Virus record (IMG/VR): IMGVR_UViG_2654587976_000001
Coordinates: 32,001-96,000 of that record
Reading direction: 5' to 3' (one strand)
Source of the DNA: a virus
Taxonomy: Duplodnaviria > Caudoviricetes
Length of the DNA: 64,000 nt
Of this stretch, positions 31,003 through 40,275 are shown piece by piece; positions within the stretch are counted from its first letter, which is position 1; the number at the start of each line of letters is the position of its first letter. A model generated the notes under the pieces. That model searched no databases. It had not been told where the DNA came from and worked only from the letters and a program-made list of their open reading frames with translations. Both the position numbers and the translations under genes were made by a program.

Positions 31003-31307
31003 TTTAAAGAACCTCTTTCCTATACCATATGGCGAATAAGCAGTAAGGTTGCCTATAAGCAGTGATGATTATATCATAAAAATGGAAGATTTGTTCTTAA
31101 AAATGAACTAAAATAAATATTTTTGTTCTCAATAATGTATTTTCGTGAGGTATAGAGCGGTATAGATACTTATAAATACACGTAGATATTCGTAGATACA
31201 TGCATATCTAGCTATATCATGAAGAATGCAGATAAATCACGAAGCTTCTGCCTGTTCTTTCACCTTTATTTCAAATATAGTATAATTTGGAAAAGGGGGG
31301 AGAGTGA

Positions 31308-31745
31308 ATGAAAAAGCTAATCTTTTTGGCTGTAATTTGCATTGGTTTTATATTGAGTATTAACACACCAAGTGCTGAGGCGAAGCTTACATTAGACTAC
31401 AAAAATGTGAATTTTCACATGACTGAGGATTCAGAGAGCTTTTCCATGGCAGATTATTTTGATCGGAATTATGATCGCACTTGGCTCTTCTACAAATTCA
31501 CAATTAGCAATGCAGAAGGGTGTACTCTAAATATGAAAATCAGTAGGATAACTCTTGCTGGCTGGGTATTCCCACGTAGTGAGAAGCAGTTTGTAGGGAA
31601 CTATGCCGACTATACTGCTGCAGATCGAGTAGAGGGAGATGCAAATCGTAATCATGTGCTAGAGATTACAAAGAACCCAGGCTGCGGAGACGTGTGGATT
31701 AAAGGTATTTATGGATTTGAACATGAAGATTCATTTGATTGGTAA
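31308..31745 (+). CDS. Secreted protein with Sec signal peptide
   Basis: MKKLIFLAVICIGFILSINTPSAEA signal peptide, followed by a terminator hairpin (GTCAAGG/CCTTGAC plus T-run). Confidence 0.7.
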   Translation: MKKLIFLAVICIGFILSINTPSAEAKLTLDYKNVNFHMTEDSESFSMADYFDRNYDRTWLFYKFTISNAEGCTLNMKISRITLAGWVFPRSEKQFVGNYADYTAADRVEGDANRNHVLEITKNPGCGDVWIKGIYGFEHEDSFDW

Positions 31746-31805
31746 GCTTAATACATAGTCAAGGTATATCCTTGACCTTTTTTATGCATATGGTGATAAT
31801 TTAAA

Positions 31806-32051
31806 GTGATCATACATAATGAATGTGAGGTAGTAAAATTGATTAAATCAAATTTAAAGCCGATATTAGACGAAAGGAATATCAGTATTCGAAAGCTGTC
31901 CAATGATATTGACCATGGTTTTAACACAGTCAGGAAGCTGTATCATGACGAAATGGAGCGGTACCCAAGGGATCTGTTGGATAAAGTCTGTACATATTTA
32001 GACATTGAGCTGCATGAGCTGCTAACATACAAAAGAGATCAAAATGATTAA
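31806..32051 (+). CDS. Cro/C1-type HTH regulator
   Basis: [20 protein letters not shown]...[16 protein letters not shown]. Confidence 0.75.
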   Translation: MIIHNECEVVKLIKSNLKPILDERNISIRKLSNDIDHGFNTVRKLYHDEMERYPRDLLDKVCTYLDIELHELLTYKRDQND

Positions 32052-32062
32052 ATGTTTCCGAT

Positions 32063-32326
32063 GTGGATTCCTTACTAAAAATAAAGGGAGATTCTAAAAT
32101 GATTGAATTCAAATTAAAGCAACTAGCTGAAGAAAAAGGAATAAGCGGAATAAGGGAACTATCGAGGATTCTGGAACACGATTATAAAAGCGTACGGTTG
32201 ATGTGGCTGGGTGAAATAAAGCGAGTTCCAACAGACCTTATTGAAAAAATATGCTCTTATTTTGACGTCACAATTAATGAACTGATGGAATTTAAAAAAG
32301 ATGAAAATAATAGAAAAAATCATTGA
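32063..32326 (+). CDS. Cro/C1-type HTH regulator
   Basis: LKQLAEEKGISGIRELS...IEKICSYFDVTINELM. Confidence 0.75.
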   Translation: MDSLLKIKGDSKMIEFKLKQLAEEKGISGIRELSRILEHDYKSVRLMWLGEIKRVPTDLIEKICSYFDVTINELMEFKKDENNRKNH

Positions 32327-32404
32327 TCCGTTTTAGGGATCATGATATACTAAAGTTACAAGTTAAGGAAACATTAAAAAACAATGGAAAAGAGAGTGGA
32401 GAGA

Positions 32405-32620
32405 ATGAATAATTTAGAACAACATTTAAAAGAGCAAACGGATGCCTTTTTAGCAGATTGCTTTAATGAATTAAAACAGTGGCGGGAATCTGGTGTCCTA
32501 GAGCAGGGCAAGGTTAGAAATTTACATGATACTTTTAATACGAATATCACTTAACTCCATATGATTAGTGAAGTAATTTACAGGGAGTTAGCATCAAGAT
32601 TCGTTGAAAAAGTAAAGTAA
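32405..32620 (+). pseudogene. 71-codon ORF interrupted by an in-frame TAA at 32552
   Basis: ATG behind GGAGAG, frame continues for 21 more codons after the internal stop. Confidence 0.45.
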
Positions 32621-32865
32621 AGTAAACTAGGGAAGAATTGCAGGCTATTTTTATAAAATCATTCTTTTGAAGAGAGATAAAATATAAATGGGGTTATAAA
32701 AACTCTGTAATTGAGATCACCAGGTAAGATCAGAACCAGGATTAAAACATTATGTGTGCACAGTCTATAAATTTTAAGTAAATATTGTATTAATCCTTGT
32801 TTTTACGTACGTGGAAATCAGTCAGTCACTTTTGAAACAAACGAAGCTTAGTCTATTCAATTCAG

Positions 32866-33450
32866 ATGTATGGGGGCTTGTTGATGGGTATTATCATTAC
32901 TCTTATTTTTATCCTTATTTTTAATTTTCTTTATCAACTATACCAAGCAAGTAGATGTGAAAAATTACAAGAATGGTATGAACGTTGGCTCCTTGATGAA
33001 AATTTTAAAAAGGATTTAAACGAATATAGAATGGAGGTTAGAAATCTTGTTACTAAAGCAGGGTTCAAAGATGAAGCCATGCCATTTGAAGAACCGATCG
33101 GAGGAGGACATATTAGAACAATGACAGTTGTTCCTATTGATCAGTTTCCAACAAGGGTTGAAGCGATTGCAATTGCCATATTAAGAACCCTAAGCGCTGC
33201 CAAAGGCGTATACAAAAAAAGAATGTTGGCATCTGTTAATCCAATTAAGTGGTTAGAATTTCTTATCTTTTTACCTGCAATAATTATCAATTATTTAGGT
33301 TTAAAGAAAGAAAGTGTTCTATCAAAATTTTTTAATTTAATTTGGTGGTTTATTGGTGTAGTTATTATTCCAATTTTAATAACAACTTATGCAAATGAGA
33401 TCGGAGCTATTGTAAAAAGAATAATCAGCTATATGCAAGCATTAATTTAA
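32866..33450 (+). CDS. Membrane protein, hypothetical
   Basis: N- and C-terminal TM segments, flanked by 28-bp sites at 32648 and 33446. Confidence 0.65.
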   Translation: MYGGLLMGIIITLIFILIFNFLYQLYQASRCEKLQEWYERWLLDENFKKDLNEYRMEVRNLVTKAGFKDEAMPFEEPIGGGHIRTMTVVPIDQFPTRVEAIAIAILRTLSAAKGVYKKRMLASVNPIKWLEFLIFLPAIIINYLGLKKESVLSKFFNLIWWFIGVVIIPILITTYANEIGAIVKRIISYMQALI

Positions 33451-33473
33451 TTAAAACTACGATTTTAAAGGGG
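33446..33473 (+). repeat. 28-bp 11-6-11 junction site
   Basis: TTTAAT TAAAA CTACGA TTTTA AAGGGG. Confidence 0.6.
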
Positions 33474-33484
33474 GAGGATGACTT

Positions 33485-33712
33485 ATGGCAGCCAAAATGA
33501 TAACTGTCTGGTACAAATACGATGAGAGAGGCGGTAAAACCCAACTGAATCATATTGAAGATGGATGGGCGCACGGAGATTATCCAAAGCCTATATATCC
33601 GTCATTCACAAATCAAGAAGCATGGAAGAAAAGTGATTGGGAGAGGAAACATGCTTATTTAGATGAACACTATCAAGTATTGAGCGTTCCACCAGCGAAT
33701 TGGATTAAATAA
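33485..33712 (+). CDS. Hypothetical protein
   Basis: 75 aa ORF with GGGGAGG RBS. Confidence 0.6.
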   Translation: MAAKMITVWYKYDERGGKTQLNHIEDGWAHGDYPKPIYPSFTNQEAWKKSDWERKHAYLDEHYQVLSVPPANWIK

Positions 33713-33935
33713 TGAATTTAATAATGTTCACGGCAAGTATAAAGGCGGATGTTCCAAAGAAGATATATCCATAGCTCTTTTTTTTCTTTGAAAGTAATTC
33801 CAGCCCGACCATGATAAAAAGAACTGCAACTAATACCTGAAGAGAAATCAACAGGAATCCACTTTGATTAAACAGAGAATACACGGCTAGTAACAACGCC
33901 ATAAATGAAATGAGAATTTTTATAGCTTTTAGCAT
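33705..33935 (-). CDS. Small membrane protein (YczI/DUF3953-like)
   Basis: Three hydrophobic helices, KKKKSYGYIFF motif. Confidence 0.55.
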   Translation of the reverse strand: MLKAIKILISFMALLLAVYSLFNQSGFLLISLQVLVAVLFIMVGLELLSKKKKSYGYIFFGTSAFILAVNIIKFII

Positions 33936-34041
33936 GCAAACACTCCTAAGGTAATTTGGTTAACCTTATCACGTTGCAGACTTTTTTTGCAGAGGAAAAG
34001 GGATCAAGAACAAGCATTATTTTATAGGGGGAGACGAATAA

Positions 34042-34266
34042 ATGATCAAGGTTTATACAAGAGGTCATAAGATACCAGAAAAGATTAAGTCCTGCATCTC
34101 TGAATGGAATTATTGGTCTTGGATTGTTGCATCAAATAGTGAGAAGGGTAATAAAAGTGCAAAGCGGCTTATTGAAAAGATTGAATCGGATCCAGACAAA
34201 ATTGCGGAATATAAAACTGAAGACGGAATTGAAGTATATGTAAGCTACATGGATCCAGTGAAATAA
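34042..34266 (+). CDS. Hypothetical protein
   Basis: 74 aa ORF with RBS. Confidence 0.55.
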   Translation: MIKVYTRGHKIPEKIKSCISEWNYWSWIVASNSEKGNKSAKRLIEKIESDPDKIAEYKTEDGIEVYVSYMDPVK

Positions 34267-34280
34267 AAAAGAGCATTAAA

Positions 34281-34463
34281 CTAAATGCTCTTCTTCATAC
34301 CACACCTACGACACTCACGTAAAAACACACCACTTTTCACTGAACTCTTGAACAAAGCATAATCACAGTTGTCACAGCGGCCATATTTAACATCGGGATA
34401 CTCCTTATAATCATAAACAACAGTTACATCGTACCCGTTAGTCTCAAAATCTTTCTCTTCCAT
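34281..34463 (-). CDS. Small Zn-ribbon protein
   Basis: CDNC...CRRC. Confidence 0.65.
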   Translation of the reverse strand: MEEKDFETNGYDVTVVYDYKEYPDVKYGRCDNCDYALFKSSVKSGVFLRECRRCGMKKSI

Positions 34464-34533
34464 TAAATTTCACCTACACAAAGTATTTAACACTACTATA
34501 ATACCAGACGATGTATATAAGGAGGGGTTTTAT

Positions 34534-34790
34534 TTGATTGGAATAGCATATTTCTTAATACTCTGGCTGGGTATTGGCTTTCTGACAGGATTTAAGGCCT
34601 TATTCGTTGATCAGGTTTATGATGAAGAGTTTAAGCAGGAACTGATTGATTCATTTTCACCAGGTATGGAGCAGAATATGATTGAACTGTTCTTTAAGAA
34701 TAAAATAAAATAAATATCATGGTGTTTTACATATTAATTGGATTGCTGCCACTGGCCATAAAAATTGCTGGTCTGCTGAAGAGGAGTTAG
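34534..34790 (+). pseudogene. Frameshifted small membrane protein (yopE position)
   Basis: TTG behind AAGGAGGGG. An extra AAAAT unit at ~34700-34712 gives an early TAA, and deleting 5 bp yields an 83 aa two-TM ORF. Confidence 0.55.
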
Positions 34791-34792
34791 CT

Positions 34793-35008
34793 ATGCCGGT
34801 TATCGATACCTTTTTTGTTATTCAATTTGAAAATGATGATTACTTCAAGTCATTTAAAGTAGATGGAAGTGGTTATAAGACATCTAAGGGGCTTCATAGC
34901 GCTTCTAAGTTCACTACAATGTCAGAAGCCTTAGCGATCGCAAATGAGCTACATATGGAGTTTAAAGCCACTTCTGCCATAAGGCAAATTGAAGTTATTA
35001 CTAGGTGA
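34793..35008 (+). CDS. Hypothetical protein (yopF position, 71 aa)
   Basis: ORF with GAGGAG RBS. Confidence 0.6.
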   Translation: MPVIDTFFVIQFENDDYFKSFKVDGSGYKTSKGLHSASKFTTMSEALAIANELHMEFKATSAIRQIEVITR

Positions 35009-35019
35009 GGAGTGTTCAG

Positions 35020-35151
35020 GTGTACTGGATTGAATGGATTGAGGATGGGGAGAAGAAAAGTATTGTTGCTGAGGGCTGGGTGGAATGGGTCACAATCCTG
35101 GAAGACCTTTATCAGCAACGATTTGAGTATGTTGAATGGAAGAGAATTTAA
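35020..35151 (+). CDS. Small Trp-rich protein (yopG position, 43 aa)
   Basis: GTG behind GAGGAG, MYWIEWIEDGEKKSIVAEGWVEW... Confidence 0.55.
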   Translation: MYWIEWIEDGEKKSIVAEGWVEWVTILEDLYQQRFEYVEWKRI

Positions 35152-35199
35152 AAAACACAAGTCTAAATAAAATTAATGTAAAGGGAGAAGGTTTTTAGA

Positions 35200-35745
35200 A
35201 TGGAAGAATTAAATCATTATAGAAAATGCCTTAATGTGAATTACGAATCCATTATTTTATTGGTAGCAACCCCAAAAGGGAAATATCCTTCAAAAAGTGT
35301 TGATTTAAAAACAAAAGAATTTGTTAATGAGATATTATATAAAGAGTATTACATTGATATTTATGAAAAAGGTAAAAAAGAAATTCTTCAGGATACAGCG
35401 TTTAAACTTTTTACATTGCCATTAATCGGAGATTCATTTGATCGCAAAGTAAATAGGACTGTTGCGAATAGCAGGGCATCTGAAGATAAAGTTGAGGCAT
35501 TTTTTGTGTTACAAAGTATTAATAAAGAATTTCAAGAAAACAATTCAAATATCAACATAGATAAAGCAATAAAGAGAGGAGAAGAAAGTGCTAAACTCTT
35601 TTTAAATTGTTACCCATTAGGTACACATGATGTTTCCGTGATACCGGTTGAAAGAGGGAACGAAGGGGTAGAGCTATTACTTGACATGAAGTTTAAAGAT
35701 AATGCCTCTGAGTACTATTTTGATTTCACATATTTTGGCGGTTGA
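35200..35745 (+). CDS. Hypothetical protein
   Basis: 181 aa ORF. Confidence 0.6.
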   Translation: MEELNHYRKCLNVNYESIILLVATPKGKYPSKSVDLKTKEFVNEILYKEYYIDIYEKGKKEILQDTAFKLFTLPLIGDSFDRKVNRTVANSRASEDKVEAFFVLQSINKEFQENNSNINIDKAIKRGEESAKLFLNCYPLGTHDVSVIPVERGNEGVELLLDMKFKDNASEYYFDFTYFGG

Positions 35746-36083
35746 TGGACATGGATGAAACATTTATCAATAATCTAAATAAGAACAAATTTGATAATGA
35801 AGAGTTTAAAAATGGTTTTAGTGCAGGAGCTGAATACAAAGATCAAATGGAAAAACGGATACGTGATCTTGAATCAGTGTTGCTTGGGTTTATTGGGTAT
35901 GAAGACGAGTGGCTACTAACAAAAGCAGGTTTAAATAAACGTACTAAGTCAGTCTTAGTCAACATGATTATTGATCAGCGAAATCTTACCCGTGCTCTTT
36001 ATAAAAAATTAGATGAAGAAACAAAAAAGAAATTAAAAAGTGAAATTGAGATGTGCATTTGGCCGGGAGAAAGTGAGCAATAA
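35742..36083 (+). CDS. Hypothetical protein
   Basis: 113 aa ORF overlapping the previous stop. Confidence 0.55.
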   Translation: MMDMDETFINNLNKNKFDNEEFKNGFSAGAEYKDQMEKRIRDLESVLLGFIGYEDEWLLTKAGLNKRTKSVLVNMIIDQRNLTRALYKKLDEETKKKLKSEIEMCIWPGESEQ

Positions 36084-36165
36084 AGACAAATACGTTTAAT
36101 TATACGTATCGAATTTGCAAACTTTTTAAATGTATTTATAATCTTCAATAAGGAGTTGATTATAA

Positions 36166-36576
36166 ATGAATTGGGTATCTTACCCCTCTATTTTACACTT
36201 TGCAAATGATGGTATTACAGTAACCTTTCCAGACCTTCCTGGGTGTGTAACCTGTGGATCGAATGACACAGAGGCAATTAGCATGGCAAAAGAAGCTTTA
36301 GGGCTTCATTTATATGGGTTAGAAATGGACGGAGAGAAGTATCCTGGCCCTTCACCGTTTTCGGAAATTAAGACAGCGGAAAATGAAGTTGTGTGCTTGA
36401 TTGATATACCTATGCATGCATTCCGCGATGAATATAGACGTAAATCAGTCAAGAAAACATTAACTATTCCTGCGTGGTTGAATGAAGTGGCTGAAGAAAA
36501 GAACATTAATTTTTCTCAGGTGCTGCAGGATGCATTAAAAGATAAACTCGGACTAAATATCTTTAAGGCACAATAA
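36166..36576 (+). CDS. hicB: HicB family antitoxin (no adjacent hicA)
   Basis: VTFPDLPGCVTCG...EA...AKEAL and C-terminal VKKTLTIPAWL...INFSQVLQDAL. Confidence 0.9.
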   Translation: MNWVSYPSILHFANDGITVTFPDLPGCVTCGSNDTEAISMAKEALGLHLYGLEMDGEKYPGPSPFSEIKTAENEVVCLIDIPMHAFRDEYRRKSVKKTLTIPAWLNEVAEEKNINFSQVLQDALKDKLGLNIFKAQ

Positions 36577-36594
36577 GAATCCTTATTGTGCCGG

Positions 36595-36622
36595 TTTACA
36601 TAAAATACGAATTTTAAACAGA
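36595..36622 (+). repeat. 28-bp 11-6-11 junction site
   Basis: TTTACA TAAAA TACGAA TTTTA AACAGA, just after the hicB terminator hairpin. Confidence 0.65.
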
Positions 36623-36737
36623 TAAGTATTCCTTAAAAAATAATTAGCATAAAAATAAAATAAATACTTGTAATTCTGACAACTCTAATGTATATTATAA
36701 ACAAGGGAACATTAGTTGGGAAGGGGTGGAGTAACCA

Positions 36738-37877
36738 ATGAATCTTAAGCAGATGATTAAGAATGAATGTGAAAAAGACAACCAGCTCGCAGCGAAACTC
36801 TCAAAAATAGCAGGGTACGAAAAGGTTAATGGTTTTTACAAATTCATCAACACCCCAGAGAAAGAAATGGACAACTTAGGCGGTTTAATTAATATTGTTA
36901 AAAGCTTGTTTCCTGATAATGAGGAGCAGCTTCTAAGTGATTACTTCTTATCACTGGATCCCAACAAAAAATGCGCTAGACAATCTGTTGAATACTCCGA
37001 TATCAATCAATGGGATTCATTAACAGACAAGATTATTTTAAATTTATGCCACTCAAAAAACACAACAAGTCAAGAATGGGGTAACATCTACAACATACAT
37101 AGAAAGCTATATAAAAACGAAATCTCAATACCAGAAGCAATAAGAGAATGTGGGAGATGTAAAGCTCCAGAAATGTCATTTTTTTCAGATGCAATGCTGA
37201 TGTATAAATACTTGAATATTGGTGAGTTCGGATTGATGAAAAGCACCTTAACACTTTTAGATTTTAAAAGCTTACCAGAAGGATTTATAAAAGATTCGTA
37301 CAAAAGTAGAGTGTCAATGTTAAAAGCGAATATAAGCTTAAACGAAAACAATTTAATCGAAGCAAGGAAACATTCAAATATTGCAATAATGCAGTCCAAT
37401 GTGAACCGAATATGTTTCTTTGCACATCTGACAATAGGTAATACCCTAATTTTCGAAAATTATGAAGAAGCTATGCTGGCGTATGTTGAGGCAAAGAAGT
37501 ATGTTCTGAATGATACTCATGAAGAAATGCTAAATGGCGCTCTTTGCTTCTTAGCTAATGTATGGAACAAGGAAAATCTATGGGTTAACTATGAATCAAA
37601 TGAAATCAAATATCAACAGCTAAGGGCTTTTTATTACATAAAAAGTAATAATCTCGACAAGGCTAACGAATTATTAGAAAGCTTATCAAAAAGAGATCAA
37701 GATGAAAATGAATTAGGATTTTATTTTTATTATAAAGGTTTAATATCGAGGCAAAAATCTGATTTTTTTAAATCAATAACATATTTTAAAGAATCAGATG
37801 ATAAATATTTTATCCAATTGGCAATAATAGAACTCGAAAAATTAGGCTGTGACCCGGAGCTGCTAAATTTAATTTAG
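36738..37877 (+). CDS. aimR: Arbitrium receptor AimR (phi3T type)
   Basis: MIKNECEKDNQLAA... N-terminus and TPR body resembling phi3T AimR, followed by aimP. Confidence 0.92.
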   Translation: MNLKQMIKNECEKDNQLAAKLSKIAGYEKVNGFYKFINTPEKEMDNLGGLINIVKSLFPDNEEQLLSDYFLSLDPNKKCARQSVEYSDINQWDSLTDKIILNLCHSKNTTSQEWGNIYNIHRKLYKNEISIPEAIRECGRCKAPEMSFFSDAMLMYKYLNIGEFGLMKSTLTLLDFKSLPEGFIKDSYKSRVSMLKANISLNENNLIEARKHSNIAIMQSNVNRICFFAHLTIGNTLIFENYEEAMLAYVEAKKYVLNDTHEEMLNGALCFLANVWNKENLWVNYESNEIKYQQLRAFYYIKSNNLDKANELLESLSKRDQDENELGFYFYYKGLISRQKSDFFKSITYFKESDDKYFIQLAIIELEKLGCDPELLNLI

Positions 37878-37906
37878 AATTTAGTACTTGAAAGGAGGTG
37901 AATTTA

Positions 37907-38038
37907 ATGAAAAAAATTATTTTCGGTACAGCCATTTTAGCATCATTAGCAATTTCATTCATTGCAGGTCAACATTCAGTTAATACGGCATCAGCTTCTG
38001 ATGAGATCTCTGTAGCAAGTGCAATTCGGGGAGCTTAA
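37907..38038 (+). CDS. aimP: Arbitrium pro-peptide AimP, mature peptide SAIRGA
   Basis: MKKIIFGTAILASLAISFIAGQHSVNTASASDEISVASAIRGA*, signal peptide plus C-terminal hexapeptide, strong RBS. Confidence 0.95.
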   Translation: MKKIIFGTAILASLAISFIAGQHSVNTASASDEISVASAIRGA

Positions 38039-38070
38039 TAATACAACAGGATACTACATAATCAATGGTT

Positions 38071-38104
38071 AGACGTTTGATCCAGTGGATCAGGCGTCTT
38101 TTCT
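38071..38104 (+). terminator. Terminator between aimP and aimX
   Basis: AGACGTTTGATCCA/TGGATCAGGCGTCT stem followed by TTTCT. Confidence 0.7.
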
Positions 38105-38116
38105 AATTTTAAGAGA

Positions 38117-38153
38117 ATGTTCCAGAAATTCATAATATAAAAAACAAGAACAT
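38117..38153 (+). promoter_or_regulatory. AimR operator
   Basis: ATGTTC-N25-GAACAT, 6-bp inverted repeats 25 bp apart as described for AimR boxes, directly upstream of aimX. Confidence 0.75.
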
Positions 38154-38165
38154 GGAGGAATTAAA

Positions 38166-38321
38166 ATGAAAAAGCATTTCGGACAATCACTTTCTTATGA
38201 GGATATGGCTAAGGGATACATGGAAATGGGAGACCTTAACTTAGAAATTTCCCAGGAAGATAATCATCTTGAAAATGAAGCAGAAATGGTTAGATCAAAA
38301 TATAAAGCAAAGGTATCCTAA
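38166..38321 (+). CDS. aimX: AimX (51 aa, phi3T-type MazE-like protein)
   Basis: MKKHFGQSLSYEDMAKGYMEMGDLNLEISQEDNHLENEAEM..., MazE C-terminal-like M.KGY.EM..LNL motif. Confidence 0.85.
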   Translation: MKKHFGQSLSYEDMAKGYMEMGDLNLEISQEDNHLENEAEMVRSKYKAKVS

Positions 38322-38452
38322 TGAAGATTAAAGTCAAATCAGCAGACATTTTAACACATACATAGGGGATGTGTTATTTGTCTTGAATAAAAATAAAATA
38401 AATTGTTGCATATTATTCTAGCAACATATATAATGAAGTTACAAGATGAACG

Positions 38453-38683
38453 TTGTTGGGAGATGAAACAATGGAAACAACCAGTGCCACTCAAAAGGAA
38501 GAGTTGAAGATTACATCATTAAGACAATATCAATACATAAAACAACTAAAGAACTTCACACGAGTCAATCTCCACCTAGAGGATCCAGATGTGTTTACAC
38601 CTAATAATGTAACTACAATGAGAAAAAACCATAAAGAATACAACCTCATTAAAGAACAAAAAAATTCTATAAAATGTATTTAA
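38453..38683 (+). CDS. First small gene of the repression (sro) operon
   Basis: ORF downstream of a TTGCAT..TATAAT promoter following aimX. Confidence 0.55.
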   Translation: MLGDETMETTSATQKEELKITSLRQYQYIKQLKNFTRVNLHLEDPDVFTPNNVTTMRKNHKEYNLIKEQKNSIKCI

Positions 38684-38697
38684 GGAGTAAAAATAAA

Positions 38698-38928
38698 ATG
38701 AATAATAAATATTATACAGAAGAAAACAAGGCTAAAGTTTGGAAAAAGCATATGATCGTTTTAAAGTTTCTAGAGCAGCCTGAGATAGCAGTAGCTTATA
38801 ATGAGTTCCTACGAAGAGAAGCGACAAGTGATGAATGGGTTGGGTTCGAAGAGGAGCTTTATGAGGAATTGACGGGGATGCCAATTATAAACGTCTGTAA
38901 GGACGAGAGGGTAAATGTCCTAAACTGA
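38698..38928 (+). CDS. Small protein of the repression operon
   Basis: ATG at 38698 behind AAGGAG (track start 38674). Confidence 0.6.
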   Translation: MNNKYYTEENKAKVWKKHMIVLKFLEQPEIAVAYNEFLRREATSDEWVGFEEELYEELTGMPIINVCKDERVNVLN

Positions 38929-38966
38929 ATTTTATTATAGGATAAAAATAAATTAGGTGTGATAAA

Positions 38967-39131
38967 ATGAATACAGACATCTTAATTAACGCTCTTAAAG
39001 AATACGACATGTTAAAGCAAATGGAAATCTGTAACGCCAATATAATGCTGCTGAGTAATATTCAAGGTGAGAATGAATGGATTGTTGCGTGGAAAGAATT
39101 TGATCAATACTTAATGAAAAAAATGATATGA
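38967..39131 (+). CDS. Small protein of the repression operon (54 aa)
   Basis: ATG behind AGGTGT, MNTDILINALKEYDML... Confidence 0.5.
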   Translation: MNTDILINALKEYDMLKQMEICNANIMLLSNIQGENEWIVAWKEFDQYLMKKMI

Positions 39132-39140
39132 GGTGTCATT

Positions 39141-40199
39141 ATGGAAGCTCAAAAGAAAGCGTCAACACTAAGGGATTATTCAATATACAATAACATAAAT
39201 AGGTGGTTTGATGAATTAGATTTAAGAAACAGGGATCGAGAAACTGGAGAAATTGAAAAGTCTAATACTAGAGCCACGTATGAAAGGCATATAAGAGAGT
39301 TTTTCAACCACTATGCTGCCAAGGATATTGAATATTTAACTGAGAGTGACCTGGCGATTAAGAAGAGTGACCTGTATGATTATCGAACCCATTTGGCTAA
39401 AAATAAAAGCAACTCCAATTCAACAATTAACAATAAGATTGCCGCACTGAAAAGTATGATTAAGTACCTTGAATCTGAACATGAGTGTGATGCATCTGTA
39501 TTTAATTTTAGACCTCTTCCAACAGAAAAGAACCCAGCAGGCTCTTTTGAAGGAATATCTGAAGCTGATGAATTTGCTGAGGTAGCGTATGTTACTGAGC
39601 GTCAGAACAGATTAATGAAAAAGATGTTTATTTTGTTTAGTGCACGTACTGGTGGGCGTAAATCAGAGGTGCTTAGAGTTGGGTGGGATGATATTACTTA
39701 TTCAGAAAAGCACCAATGCTATCTCGTCAACTTTAAAAAAACTAAGCAAAAAAAGGCTAGACCAGTTGGGATTTCCACTGCTTTTTATGAAGAGTTGTTG
39801 CTGTTAAAGCAAGAGTATGTGGAACATGAGCTTTTATTTCATAAGTTAACAGTTGATTCAATACAGGATATGTGGAATCGCGTATGTAGAGTTATGGGCA
39901 TTCCCAAAGAAAGAAAGATAACTCCGCATAGTTTACGCAATACTGCAACAAACTTTTCTTACAGCGTTAATGGTGATATTAAAAAAGTGGCAGCGTTCTC
40001 TGGCCACAGTAATATCAATACTTTAAATGACCATTATTTAGTCAATGAAAGGGATTATTCTCAAGATCCAGGGGTTTTGGTTGATCAAAAAGAAGACATG
40101 TCCTTTTTAGAAGATGTTACCTTAGAGCAATATAAAGAATTCTTTTTAAAATCAGACATGTATATACAGAATAAACTTAAAATGTTTTTGAACAAGTGA
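39141..40199 (+). CDS. yopP: Tyrosine recombinase-family protein YopP (SroD-like)
   Basis: RTGGRKSE, KTK, HSLR and SGH...HY catalytic motifs. Confidence 0.8.
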   Translation: MEAQKKASTLRDYSIYNNINRWFDELDLRNRDRETGEIEKSNTRATYERHIREFFNHYAAKDIEYLTESDLAIKKSDLYDYRTHLAKNKSNSNSTINNKIAALKSMIKYLESEHECDASVFNFRPLPTEKNPAGSFEGISEADEFAEVAYVTERQNRLMKKMFILFSARTGGRKSEVLRVGWDDITYSEKHQCYLVNFKKTKQKKARPVGISTAFYEELLLLKQEYVEHELLFHKLTVDSIQDMWNRVCRVMGIPKERKITPHSLRNTATNFSYSVNGDIKKVAAFSGHSNINTLNDHYLVNERDYSQDPGVLVDQKEDMSFLEDVTLEQYKEFFLKSDMYIQNKLKMFLNK

Positions 40200-40275
40200 T
40201 ACAAATAATCATATAAAAGCTTTACTTGCTTATGAAAATAATGATAAATTTAATATGATTATGTGAGGTGATAAT

